NCBI RefSeq assembly: GCF_009914755.1
Contig: NC_060930.1
Origin: the human T2T-CHM13v2.0 reference genome, Homo sapiens
Length of the DNA stretch: 64,000 nt
Strand: one strand, 5' to 3'
The notes beneath the pieces were generated by a model. It was not told where the DNA came from and did no database searches. It worked only from the letters and a program-made list of their open reading frames with translations. Shown piece after piece: positions 1 through 14,605 of this stretch; positions within the stretch are counted from its first letter, which is position 1; each line of letters starts with the position of its first letter. Both the position numbers and the translations under genes were made by a program.

Positions 1-247
<247 letters not shown>

Positions 248-905
248 AAATTGTTTTTTTTTTTTAAGTATAACTTCTACTAGAAAGTAAAGGCAGAAGG
301 AAGAAGGGGTGATTTCTTTTTTCCTCTCTGGTTCTGAATCTGAAGAAAGGTGAATGTCCCAAGGAAAGTACGTTACTTGTGTTGATTGAGATATTGTGGC
401 TAAGGGGAAAGCAATTCAGCTGGCTCTAACACTTCTGTGTGATCTCGGGCAAAGCACTCATCCCCTGTCAACTAAAACTTTGCTTCTTCTACAAAATGGA
501 GATCATGGTGGTCATAGTTTGTGATGGGGAGGGCAGCTTAATAATTGGTAGTTATCATTACTTCCCTGTTGTCCTGGGCTTTCTGATTCCTCTAAGTGAT
601 CCTTCTCTGCTCCATCTGTGGGAAATTAGGATGGGTTTACCAATTGCCAACAAACCTATCAAAGCCCAAATCTATTTCAAAGGCCAATTCATCCCAAACT
701 AAAAAACCTTGAGCTGACTGATTTTTCCATCAGGAGAACTTGTAGAAGTAAAAAAAGAAAAAAAAAAGGGTTGCCATTTATTAGTAACCAAAAGCCTTAA
801 TAATTCCAGAATCATCATGGAGTCACCTGAAACCTCCCATTCAATCATAATTTCTGATTTTCTGAGTTGTTAATGATCAATGTAATCTCCATTCATCCTT
901 TAGAG

Positions 906-1450
<545 letters not shown>

Positions 1451-3851
1451 CCTTAGAGGATTTCACATTTTATTTATTTAAGGAGCGATTTATTACAGAC
1501 TCTTGAAGTCTAACACTTGAGCCTAAGAAGAAAATACCATCACCTAGCTTCTCCTTCCAAGGAGAAATATGTTTCTAAACTATTCGCAAACATCTGTACT
1601 ACTAGTAGGTCAACCTTTAGTTTCCTTAAAGTCGCCTAAATTCCCCACAGTCTCAGGGGGTGTTGAAAACATAGGAAGTTTGTAGCTTTTTATTGATTTT
1701 ATGATTCATGGCTAAAATATTCAATTTTAAGATTGCAAAAGTTGTTTAGAGTTGCCAAGGCAGTTCACATAGTGATGCAAATAAAGTGACAGGAAATAAG
1801 TTTTATTTCTTGGGGTCCTTACAAAACCTCTGTGAGGAAATTTTTACAGATGGGAAACTGAGGCTTGGTGAGGGCGTCATGTGTGCACATCACATAGCTA
1901 GGCAGAAGTGGAGACAGAACTGGGGACAGGGAAGCCTGTTCTCTTTGCTCCATGTCATGCTTCCTCTGTGGAGGAAGGTGGAGAATGGCAAAAGGGATCT
2001 AGGGAGATGAAAGGAGACAAGAGAAGAATAAAACTGGAAAGTCCAAAGGAATATGAGGAAAAGGGACATTGAGAAAATATGCTGCCATGGATAAGAGTTG
2101 TGTGAGCCAGAAATGTGGATCAAAGGAGGTAACAACTGAGTGAGTGAAGAGAAGGAAGACCAGGTGGAGAGAACCTGCATGAGGGTCTCTCTGGGCCAAC
2201 TCATTTTTTTGTGATTTGCATTGGGAAGACTTCCAAAGTAATGTCAGACACCAAAGGGTGAAGGCTGAGCAATCCTGCTGATACGCTGATGCCACGTGGC
2301 CCGGGAACAGGTTATGGAAGCGTATCAGGGACAGGGAGTGGTGAGATTAATTCCAAAGGAAGGAAAAAGAATCCTGATTGGCAGGCTTTTCATATTCCTG
2401 TATGGGAAAGCTGGTTAGGAATGTGGAACCTGATGTGCCAATAGAACCTCAGGGACTGCTCTATTACACCCATGTTTAATTCTGAATGTAATGATTTCAG
2501 TGACAGCACTGGGGAAGTACTCTCCATGATTGAATTGTGAGTGAGGAAGTTGTGACAGAGTAGTATTTCATTTCACTAAATAGCCCTTCTCAGCCCCAGG
2601 AGTCGGCATGGTTACGAGACCACAATCCAGCTACCCTTGGAAAACCCATCCATCAACATCCATGACTGCCCATCAGCTATCCTTGGCCCAATCTGGATGG
2701 AAAACATGGCTCCATACAGGGAACCTCCATGCACGTGTTTGCCTAGAGTATATAATGCCTGGATAGATGTGTTTTTCTCCCCCAAATCATGCAACTTTGC
2801 GTTAAAAACATCAGGGCAAGAAAAAGACATCGGGAAAGACAGCATCCAAGAAAGGAATCCCGTTTTGTTTTTAATAATTGCAGCCTTTGAAATTGGACTA
2901 CTAAACATGAGGAAATATTATAATTACCAATTGCATTTTTTCACACTTATCAAAAACTAGTGCCATCTTCCCAAGTGATCTAGAAATTAACATATGCTCT
3001 TAGTTTCAGTGCTTGCTTCCATTTGTGAATTATTATTGAGGCCACAAAACTAATGTTTTTAAGGCAAAAGCCGCTTGGACCATATGCCTATATTCGAATG
3101 TCTCATTGTCCCTTTACTGAGGGCCTCACTCTCCTTACACAGACCTACCTTAATCCCCCCAGCTGGGATGTAGGAGGAAGAAGATGAAAATCTTTAATTC
3201 CATTTGTGATGTTACTCTTTTCCAACCTTAGCTACCTAGGCTTGATTGAGCTTTGTGCACAGTTTCTTGATATTAGTATTCTTCACAAGATAGGAAAGAG
3301 AAATCTAGCCACAGCTCAAATTCAGTGCTATGTGACCCTGGGGAAAATGTCCTCTCAACCTTTCAATGCATTCCACAGACCAGAGAGCCCACTGCACGCA
3401 AAGCCCTGCATTGGTAGTGCCCACTAGAAGAATTCATTGCCTTTTAAAAAATTAATCTTTTGGGTTAGTTGATGGCTTTGAAATATTTTTACATTAAAAA
3501 TACAATGTCCTAGGTGGTGATTAGGTTCCCAGGTAGTCTAGAAAGGACATCAAATAGCACATGGTATGGTCAGTATGGTTGAATATTGTTCCTAATAGAA
3601 CTGTTCTGACTCCACCTCTCTCATGCCTAGGACCTGGAAGAACATACTTGCCATCAAGGAGGGTTGGTATCAGTGACTGAGTAGACACATCTATCAATCA
3701 CTGCTCCCTCTCGTGCTCCAAAATAAAGAAGCTGATAACTCAGGACACTCCCACTTCTCTCCTCTTTTGGGCATGTCATCTGTAAGTCCAGTGGCTGCAG
3801 TCTGTGCCCCTCATATGCTATACTTAGTAATAAGAAGACTTCTGGCCATAT

Positions 3852-4405
3852 CGTTAGGGAAACGAACGTAGGAGAGCCAGGGTCACAACCTTTTTAAATC
3901 AACTGCATCTGAAAACTAGCAAGGCACTTTCCTTGCCAGTCAAAACCCATGGTCCTAAGATGTTGACAGCTAAGGAAACAACTTAGTAATGCCTGCAAGG
4001 ACAAACTCCTACAACAACAGAAAGTCCAGATGTCCCAATACCCATAATGATATATACTTTCAAGAGAATTACAGTTATGCTTTGATATACTCACACACTA
4101 AAATGTCAAGGATAGTTTTCTTTAAATCAATAGAATAATAAATTTTGTCATGCTGTCATCCTACCCACACAAAAGCACAGCTTTGTTTAGTCTTTACATA
4201 GACAAGACTCCTATGTAAGAAAAGCTTAAAACAATGACAGCGCATTCCTCCACTTGCTTTCTGAGGATACCCTACTTTGTAATGGAGCAGCTTTTAATAA
4301 ACTATCTCTTCTCACTGCTCTCTGTGACTCACCCTGAATTCCTTCCTGCATGAGATCCAAGAACACTCTCTTGGGGTCTGCATCGAGACCCCTTTTCCTA
4401 TAACA
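3852..4405 (+). mobile_element. ERV1 solo LTR (MER4/MER41 group)
   Basis: AATAAA at ~4296 and the typical U5 end GAGATCCAAGAAC...TTGGGGTCTG...CCCCTTTTCC..TAACA. Confidence 0.7.
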
Positions 4406-5899
4406 ATTATTTGCCAGAAAAGCCCAAACAAACATTTTTCTCCTTATTCACTTAGATATCTATTCCGCTTGTTAAACTGAACTGAAGACATTGTCTAATA
4501 TGTCTGTATAGCTCCCATAGAATGTCACAGTGTTTTGTACCCAGTCGGTACCTAATAAATGTCAGTGAGGCTGAACTGAGCTCTCTGCAAATGGCAAGCC
4601 CCACTAAGATCATCATAGAGATGTTAGAAGCTCTGGAATGAGATGCCCACAGCAATCTGGGTGTTCAATCCAAGCACCCCTCACAAGAAAGAAACTTTTT
4701 TATTTCTAAGCTTCTTCCTCAGAGGGTGTTTTCCATTCTTATATAAACACATTTTAAGCTGAGCCCTGACTCCATCTACCTGCAGACTTCCCTTAAGAGT
4801 TCATTCTTATAAGAGGACTGTCTCTAAGGAACACAGGAATCTATCATGTCTTCAGCTGAGAAGGTAAATTTCATGATGTTAATTCATTTTTCCATTTGAT
4901 TCATTTGTTTTTCCCAAGGCGCACCTTTCATGTTCAAAATAATCAATCTATTTCCAAATGGGCCCTTGAAGTATGAAGGTAACAGCATGATGTATGTGGC
5001 AGCGCTGGAAGTGTGAATACAGTTGCTTTGGAAAAGGAAGCAAAACTTGTGCTAACAGTCTTAGGATGGAAAGGGAGTGTGCTGAGACCAAGTGGGAATA
5101 AGTCACCGAATAACTCTTAGAAATACCAGGTTACCAGCTACAAAAACAAAATGCCACCACCAAAAAAGAAACAATCAAAAAGGCACAGAAATCATGGATG
5201 ATAGCAACTAAGAGGAGAGAAACACAAGTATTCAAAAGCAAATCATCTCTTTGAGGACTGTAGAAATCCGCCCTTTCCATTGCTAAGTTGCCATTGGCAG
5301 ATTACATACATATTTCCAGATGTTTCCTAAAGAAAAGAGACCTTCCTGGCCATGTTTATTCTAGCTCAGGCAAACTTAGGAAGGGTTGGGGGGAAACTTT
5401 GTGAAGACAGAGATGGAGTTTTGTTTAACTTTGTATACCCAGCAGCTTGCATGATGTTTGGAACGTAGTAGGTGCTCAATAAATATTTGGCAAATGGAAG
5501 CTAGGTACTTGTTAAGGTGTCTTTTCTACCTTGATTTTATTTTACTTTTCTTTCAGTGCTTCCTACATCACTTAAAGCCTCTTTTGGAGTAAACGTAAGG
5601 CGTAATTTTGTGGGATATACATGAAACCAGCATCGTGCTAGGTTTTTTGAGTGAATCAGAAATAAATCATAAGGCTGTCACCTGATGCTGACTACCTGGT
5701 CCCTGGCTTTAAGAAGTGCACCACTTAGATGGCTAACCAAGGCAGGAATGTGAACATGAGGACACCCTGTCTCAGGATGATGCCAGTGGCATTCACAGGA
5801 AGTAAGAACATAACATGAACTTCAGAGAAAATACGAACAGCATTGAGATAGGAGAATTTCTCCCTAAGAATGGCTTATTTCTGAGAAAGAGGACTGTGA

Positions 5900-6560
5900 A
5901 GCCCCTTCAGTGAAATGTGCATGCATTTTAAACATTCCTACAGCATGCCAGCCTCTTCCTGGGACTACTGGTCACGAGGAACACAGTGTGGAAACCCAGA
6001 GGAGGAAGTGGCTAACAGTGTCTGTGGAAGTTGAAGAAGATTCCTCAGAGAATGTGGTTTTGGGATACAATCTTAAAGGTGGAAAAGGTAGAGAAAAGTC
6101 TTCCCAGCTGGGGGAGTAACCAACTGAGGGAATAAGGAAAGGATGGTGCATAAAGGGAATGGCAGGAAACTCAGGATACCTGTGGCAGAAGAAGCATTTG
6201 ACCCAGGGAGGGTAAAAAGCAAAGGGACCTCCAACGCTGTGCAAAGGTATGTAGAGTGTGTCCTAGGGAGGGGATGGAGATGGGGCAGGAGCCATTGAAA
6301 AGCTTAAGTGATCTGGTGAGATTACATTTTAGAAAGATCAGTCTGTCTGCAAGATGGAAAATGGTTTGAGAGGGACAAGAGTGGAGCAAGGAAACCAGTC
6401 AGAGGGTGCTGAAGTGCTCAAGGGAGGCATGATGGTGTCTTTGACTGACTCTCGGGGGAAGGTAAGTGGAGGGGTGCCAGCGGAAGCAGGAAGTAGACGC
6501 AACAGGTATTTGATGTTGGCATTAAGTAGGGGGGCAGAGCCATAGGCGACCCCAGGTTTT
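5900..6560 (+). mobile_element. L2 fragments
   Basis: L2-like purine-rich motifs (GGAGCCATTGAAA, TTTTAGAAAGATCA). Confidence 0.5.
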
Positions 6561-6572
6561 GTTCATTCTTGA

Positions 6573-6925
<353 letters not shown>

Positions 6926-7799
6926 TAGGCACTGTTTTAAGTGAGATACAGCCATGAACCAAACAGTCATTCCCTCTAACCCAAAGATTCCAGACTAAGC
7001 TTCAAGCATGGGAGAACATGCTGCTTTATGAGGAGTTTGCTCCAAAAGTTAGGACCTGGTGTTGTTAACTGCGATACAAATTTACTCCAGGAAGCTAGTT
7101 TTCTAGAAATTCCCTAACCCACATGTGTGTTGCCTCATTTAAGAGAAGACAGGATATTTTTAGTCTTTAAGAAAAAATAACCAGCAGAAAATGTTCTACA
7201 ATGTAGACAAAGTTGGTTACAGAGCATAACATTACACTGCAGATTTGTTCACGTTGCCCATTCAATTCCGAAGGACCAGGAGGAACAGGAGTCAAAGAAT
7301 CTGGACTTGTGTTTCCTGTTGTCCATTCGGGAATAACAACCACTTATAGTTTGTCTCAGCAACTCCACCTATTGACAGACTGGCTGTTCTCAGACCTATT
7401 GCCTGCACCCCTAGAATCTTCTGTCAGGTTCCACAGGAAGCCATGTTCCCATGCTCCTCTGCTCTCTGACTTCGAGGTAGGTTCGGCCAAAGAGAGGATT
7501 GGAAGCAGGAGGAGGGGAGATGTCAGGGTGTGTCTCCTGTGCTCTCTCTGTCTTGAGGTGAGAGTCTGAGTCTCCTCCATGGCTCCAGCACCTGCTGATG
7601 CCTTCTGGGTTCTGATGGGACTTCCTCCTCCGTGTGCCTCCAGCTCCTGGTGTGGTGGCAGTTTTCTACTGTTCCTAATTCCTGGGTTGCCTCACCATGT
7701 CGTTTGTTTGGCTTCTTAGTCATTCACTCGCTTGTGTACCCAATTGCCTCCAGTAAGCTCCCACTGCTTACAAATCTAGAGCAGTTTCTATTTGCTCTA

Positions 7800-8050
7800 T
7801 CACCTTTAAGGGTTATGTCCATTTTATATATGGGAAAACTGAGGCTCAGGTAACTTAAGTAACTAGCTCTAGGCTACATAGCTATCAGGATGCAGAACAA
7901 TCATTTGAACCCAGGTCGGCTTGGTCCAGAGCTGTGACTGGGGAGGCTAATGAACCCTCTCAGTGCATTTTCCATCTGTAAAATTGGCATTCCAGAAGAT
8001 GAGGATTAAACAATAGTGTGTGTGAAGGGCATTTCATAAACTGAACAAAT
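7800..8050. mobile_element. MIR fragments
   Basis: MIR core GAAAACTGAGGCTCAG...TTTGAACCCAGG. Confidence 0.6.
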
Positions 8051-8158
8051 GATTATTCTCCGTATTATATGGTGTCTGATGGCTATAATAGCAAAGAAAT
8101 CTTACTAAACTTATTTTATTTTTATTTCTGAGCATAACCACACAGGTAGTGAATAAGG

Positions 8159-9076
8159 TGTGAGAACTAAAAGTAAAATCTTATCCCCACCCCACTCCCA
8201 ACCAACTGTACAGACTCTTTCTTGGCTAAGGGGACCCCAGAGAAACCTTAAAAACTGAGCCGCAGCCATGATGGGATGGGAGGTGGTACACACCTCACTA
8301 TATTCCCTTTCCTTTTGCTGTTTAGACAAAATTGAACAGAATCAATGTTAAAATAGCGATCATAAGACTGACACTGTGGCAATAAAATATATAATTATAA
8401 ACAAGACCCAAGGCCACACCAGGCAAGGATTAAGTCATGAACCCCTGCATTTAAAGAATAAACTATGTTCTAACTGCCACAAAGTTTTTCTTTTTGTCTA
8501 GCAGCTAAACAAGCCCTGGTCTCAAGATGAGCAATGTTGGAACAACTACAGTTCATCCATCACCAGATGCTGACTAACTAACTCACATTCCACCAGCCAC
8601 AACTACAGTTTTGATTGCGTAAGAGACTGATTTCAGCATCTTTCTCCTGGTAAGAGACTATCAACCATGGACTGGTTCTGGACGATTTACCGAAGCTGCA
8701 CACTACAATGCATTCCTGTCCCTGCTTCACCTTTTGATGTATAGGGCCTAACTGAAGCACATATAAATGTTAAGTCTCACCCCAAAGCGAACATGGGTCA
8801 CACATAACATGCATGTTTATTCAGTATGCATACATTAAGACCCTCTTCATAAATGTTCATAGCTCCTCCTGTAACCTGTGGAATATGTATATTTGGCCAA
8901 CCAGCTCAGCATAAATTCCTGTTCCATCTTCCTTTCCCTTGAAGTGCCCACCTTTCAGCCTCTGCCAGAGGCTGTGCTTCTCAGCCTGTCCGGATAGTCA
9001 CTCTGCAGGCTGTAACCTTTTATAAGAAATAAAGACTCCTTTCCAAATGTATAGATTTGTGATTTTTCAATTAACA
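8159..9076 (+). mobile_element. ERV1 solo LTR (MER4 group, ~0.9 kb)
   Basis: TG...CA ends, TTGGCTAAGGGGACCCCAGAGAAACCTTAAAAACTGAG near the 5' end and AATAAA at ~9028. Confidence 0.75.
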
Positions 9077-9109
9077 AGTAATTGTTGCTGTGGCACGATT
9101 CAGGATCTT

Positions 9110-9930
9110 TTTCGTCAACAGGTTATTTATTAAGCACCATTTAAGTGCCAGGCACTGTTCTAGGTACTGAGAATACAGCAGTGTCAACACATAAAGATTA
9201 ATGGAGTGTATAGTCTAGTGGGAGTATACGGACAATAAACAAATAAATACATGATACGTCAAACGGAGACAAGTGCTATGAAAAAATGACTAGAGCAGCT
9301 TAAGAGGACAGAGAGGGTCAGAGCTGGGGGTGCTATTTTAGAGACAGTGGCCAGAGGAGACATTTGAGAAGAGACTTGAGAAAAGTGAGGGAATGAGCAG
9401 TGCAAATATCAGGGGACAGGTGTCATCAGTGCAAAGACCCTGTGGGAGGTGGTACTTGGCATGCTTGAGGAGGCCAATGTGCCTGAAGCAGAGAAACTGT
9501 GGGAGGTGAGGTATCTGAGCAGGGGAATTGGGGGAGGTATGATGCCTGGGGCAGAGGGAATTGTGGGAGATTAGGTGCCTGAGCAGAGGGAACTGTGGGA
9601 GATAAGATGCCTGGGACAGAGGGAATTGTGGGAGATGAGGTGCCTGAACAGAGGGAATTGGGGGAGATTAGACGCCTGGAGCAGAGGGAATTGTGGGAGG
9701 TGACAGTGCCTGAGCAGGGGAATTGTGGGAGACGAGAAAGTTCCTGGAGCAGGGGAAACCATGGAAGATGATGTCAGAGACAGCCAGATCAAGCAGGGCT
9801 TTGTAGGACTTTGGATCTTATTCTGATTGAGAAAAGCAGTCACTAGAAAAGAGGCATGGTCTGCTTTAAGTTCTTTTAAAAAATCACTTTGGTTGTTCTG
9901 TGAAGACTGCAGGAGAGCAATCAGGATTGC
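9110..9930 (+). mobile_element. L2 fragment containing a minisatellite
   Basis: TTTATTAAGCACC...GTGCCAGGCACTGTTCTAGG and GCAAAGACCCTG are L2 3'-end motifs. Confidence 0.7.
9481..9772 (+). repeat. Minisatellite, ~9 copies of a 31-34 bp unit (GCCTGAGCAGAGGGAATTGTGGGAGATGAGGT)
   Basis: Tandem units are directly visible. Confidence 0.92.
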
Positions 9931-12705
9931 TATGAAGATCTCTTGACCTCTCAATATTCCCCCTTTGCTTGTTGGTAATGAAAATCCTACCAACAGAAGA
10001 GAAATTAGAGATGATGCTGAAATGTTTATATCCCTGGGAAAGGCAATGTGTTTGCTTAAATTTACTGCACTATGTACCTTTCCTAAAAGCTGGAACTGGG
10101 TGTTGGAAATAGGGAGGAAAGTGGAGGTTGGAAATAGGGAAACTTGCTCAGGGGACATGGTATAAAAAATGTGGCCACCAGAAGCACAAAGTTCATCTAC
10201 ATGACCATTGTTTCTAGGGCAGTTTCCAGCCCTTCCTTGGCATGAGTTTAAACAAGACTGTGTTATTCTATCAATCCATGAAGGCTAAACTCTTTAAGAT
10301 CTAGAGATGTGAGACAGAGAAATAGGATGTTGGTGTCACAATGTCTAATTTATTGTAGTTTGCCAGATTTCACAGTTATAAACCAAACTGCATACCCAGC
10401 TTTTTGCCCCATCTGACCCCAACTGTTATGCAATTCTTTCAACTGACAAAGAATGTTTCCATATTTCTTGGGTTTCTGACCCCTCGTGCTGGGGTCTGGA
10501 AGCCCAAGGGGTGGAGAGGGACTTGGTGGGGAGGCACACTTTGCACTGAACATGAAGGTCACTGACCAGATGCACTGCATTTAGCATCTTCGAGACCCAT
10601 CTCTTTCATGTTCTCAGTCAGCTCAGAACACATGCCGTAAAGAATCTCCTACAGCAACTGAATTTCCCCCAGCAAATGGCAAGTCTATGGAGCCAAAGCA
10701 CCATTTGCTCATTTGCTTGTGTTCCATCCATTATATGAGCAGAATGAGCCTTCTAGGTTTTACAAGAAAGGCTCATTTCGTTAAAATCATGGCAACTGAC
10801 TTAAAAAATAAAGTGTCATTAGCCAACAAAGGAAAAAGTTTAGCTGAATGTCTTCCAAACAAAACAGGCCAACTGATGACATTTTTGCTAAAACAGTCAA
10901 TTCCTGTTAATAATTGAATGGCAACAATAATGAGAATAAATCACTGGTAATTCTGATAAAGCATTTGTTTGTCTTTGGAGTATATATGAATGCAATATAT
11001 AAAAGCAAGTGTTAAATGAGTTTGCATTGCCAGAGATTAAAGCAATTATTGGAGAAACAAAAATCAACATAGAAAACATTCTAAGGAGTATGGTACAGTC
11101 CATCTAGTATTAACCTACAAGTGGATATTTACAATACATACTCAATAAACATTTATTTAAACAGATGTTTACTAGTGCTTATGATGAGCAGAGTGATACC
11201 ACTTAATCTGGAGGAGACAGGGTGGTGAATGTGCTGAGATATGATACATTTCCTGTGCTCAATGGGTTTATAATTAAATACGCAAGTTTAGACTGTAATT
11301 TAATTCATAATACTAATGCCACATGAGAATAACAGAGCAAGAGTAGTAGACCGTGGGGGAAGTCAACGACTTTATTAACTACATGACAACAAATATGGAA
11401 CTCAAAGGACTGGCAGAAAGAATGACACACATTTGCATTTTGTTTATTCATATGTATATTTATGTGTGGATGTTTATTTGCTTACTATAGATGTTCATTG
11501 TTCCTTCATAAGTTGATTACCGCTTATATTTAAAAGCATCACTTTTAAAAAACTGTATTCAAGCCTAGTTTTTTGCAAGTGACATAGATAAACAATACAG
11601 GAGACCACGGATGTAGCTGAAACACAGGGATGTAAAGAAACCGTATTGAGGTTGGACCATCCTTGCCTAATGATGCCTTGTGGGGGAACACAATTGTTCT
11701 TGACATCTTTTTAAGGCCTTAGAATATATTCCAATCTTCTCTCATTTCCTCTGGTCATGTGTTCCCCACTGATTTGCCTTTAATAAAGGTCACTGCTGAG
11801 TACCTCTTTATTTGTGGGCTTGAAGGGGTACAATATTGCCTTCCGTAAACAACACCTAATTCCAGTGCTTTGGAAAGTGGCACAGTGGAATTTCTTCTAA
11901 AACATCTGCCACTACTTAAATTCCAGAGTGCTTTAAGCATGTACCCTGGAGTTTCATACTGTTTGCGGAGTGGCTGGAGAATCCTCACTTTGGGACTCAG
12001 CTGGGCCAGCCTTCCCTGGCAGCACCTAGTCATTGAACATCGCATGGCTCCCCATGAAAACGGTCATTTGGCAACTCGTTCTAAGGGAACTGGTCTCAGC
12101 TAACAGTTAATGGCAAGAGTCTAATAAATTCATTTTGCTAAAATGTTAATGTCTAAGAAGAGTGCTAATACTTCTTCTTACCTCCATATTTACACTTTGT
12201 AGAAAATAATTCCTTCATATCTTAAATGAATAAATTGCCATAATAGAATTTCACTCATTGCATAAAATTGGGAGAGGGCATGCTCTTTACTTCACATTCT
12301 GAAGACCTTGTCTTCTTCCTCAGGGGATTTTACAGTCTCAATGTAATTTCTTCTAAGACCTTTCCAGATCCCAGGCCCAGTGTCAGACCAGGTATACCAG
12401 GACCAGCCATCGGATCCTGATTATTCTGGACCATTTAGAGCCAGAATAATCAGGATCTGAATTCCACTGATTCCTCCCTAAGGGACGACACTAGGTAGGA
12501 GGAGCTCAGTTAAGATGTCATTACACCTTTTATATATCATTATACCTTATATCAAAATAATAAATGTTTGTTGTTTTAAGCCACTAAGATTATGATATTT
12601 TGTTACAACAGCAACATAAAACTAATGCAAACACAGAGCACACTGTTGGCACATTGTGAAGACTCAGTAAATGACAAGCTCAAAGATAAAAAATGTATGG
12701 AGGAC

Positions 12706-13010
12706 GGCCGGGCTTGGTGGCTCACGCCTGTAATCCTAGCACCTTGGGAGGCCAAGGCAGGCAGATCACGAGGTCAGGAGATCGAGACCATCCTGGCGAA
12801 CTTGGTGAAACCCCGCCTCTACTAAAAATACAATAAATTAGCCAGGCCTGGTGGCGGGCGCCTGTAGTCCCCAGCTACCCAGGAGGCTGAGGCAGGAAAA
12901 TGGTATGAACCCGGGAGGCAGAGCTTTCAGTGAGCCGAGATCATGCCACTGCACTCCAGCCTGGGCGACAGAGTGAGACTCCGTCTCAAAAAAAAAAAAA
13001 AAAAAAAAAA
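12706..13010 (+). mobile_element. AluY
   Basis: GAGATCGAGACCATCCTGG diagnostic, pure A tail and TSD AAAAATGTATGGAGGAC. Confidence 0.95.
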
Positions 13011-13039
13011 ATGTATGGAGGACAAGAGTCATGAATCAG

Positions 13040-14605
13040 GGGTCACCATAGGTATGACAGAGAGGTGAAAAGAATGGTAAGTGAGATATACCTAGGTTGA
13101 ATTGGGAAATACTGAAAGGAGGTAAAATACTAATGAGCACACCTAGGATCTAGACCTTGGTTTCTAAATACTACTTTCTATTAAAATGAAGTGGAGTTCT
13201 TTGGAGAAATGTTTCTCCTTAGATAAATGGTTATTTTGAGGGTAGGTGCAGGGAAAACTCAAAACGGGCCTGAAACATCTTACTGTAACAGACTATGAGG
13301 AAGTAAGGATACTGAAACTAGTTGGAACAGTCCAACTGGCAAAATCGAGGCTGTTTGAACATTAAGTTATTTAATGATAATAAAAGATTTAAGTAACCTA
13401 TTTAATTAAAAGAGAAAATCAGGATTCATCCAGGTATTAATCAATCATTCTATCAATAATAATTTTGGTAATAAATGGGATTTTATAGTCTCAAGATAAT
13501 TTCCTATAAAGTACTTATTAACTATAAAAGGAACAAAGAATAACTTTGCAGGGGTAACCCCAACAGTCACCTCTGTGTTGGGCTCTGTGATGTTCTGCCC
13601 AAGACACCTTCGGAAATGACCGACAGGCTTATCCTCAGCTGCTGGGAGTGATGACAGAAAATAGTCCTTGGTGGTTCAGGCCTCCTTGGGAGTTGCCTTA
13701 GCAGAAGAAAACTGCCTCATCCAGGGTCACACCTCATTCCAGGGGTGGCTCACATCCAGTGACTGATCACTATGGAGGAACAAAGCCCCATCCCTTTGTC
13801 CTCATCTCAGGAGCACTATGAAGAGCTATCTCAGCTCCAGAGTTTCACAGAGGGTCATCTGAGGCCTTTGGTGTGAGTGCATTGCAGCCTGACTCCCCCA
13901 CTACCTAATACTGCTTCCTTCCACAGGAGTTGATCCCAACAGCACTCCCTAATCAACAGCTTGCATGCTAATTTCACAGTCTACTTCCTGGGCACTCAAC
14001 CTGTGCCACCACCTTAATCGAGTGGTTAAGTTAACATCATCAGTAATGGGATCTGTAAAAGTTATGTGCAACCAGGTAGGAGGCACCAAGAAGAACACAG
14101 CATCATTTCTGCAATCTTCCTGAGAAAGATACGTGACTTGATTTTAACATCAAGTGAGGAAACATCAGTCAAACCCAAATGGAGGGGCATTCTAAAAATT
14201 ACTGCCTTGTAATGTTCAAAAGTGTCAAATCATGAAAGTCAAAGCAAGATTATGAATCTGTTCCAAATTAAAGAAAACTAAAGACATGAGACATGACATC
14301 TAAATATAACATGTGATCCTGGACTAGCTTCTGTTGCTATAAGGTACATTACTGAACAAGTAGAAAAACTCAAATGTGTTCTAAAGATTAGACTACCATC
14401 AAATATCAGTGTTAATTTCCTTATTTTTATGGTTGCACAGAAGAATGTCTTTGCTCATAGGTAGTACACACTAAAGTATTCAGGGATGACGAGACATCAG
14501 ATTGACAACTCTAATAACGGTTCTGGGAAAAAACAGTTCTTTGTATGGTTTGTCTTGTAAATTTTCTGTAAAGTGGAGTTTGTTTCGAAATTTAAAAAAA
14601 ACTTT
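13040..14605 (+). mobile_element. Old L1 (L1MC/ME) 3' fragment interrupted by a MaLR-like LTR (~13574-14010)
   Basis: GAAACATCAGTCAAACCCAAA, GTGATCCTGGA and ATCAGTGTTAATTTCC are L1M 3' UTR motifs. Confidence 0.55.

Noticed and set aside
9481-9772. CRISPR-like array
   Set aside because: The units are contiguous degenerate tandem repeats without unique spacers, in human DNA with no cas genes.
9571-10158. 195-aa ORF with repeats
   Set aside because: It runs through the minisatellite and L2 remnant, with no recognisable protein family or splice support.
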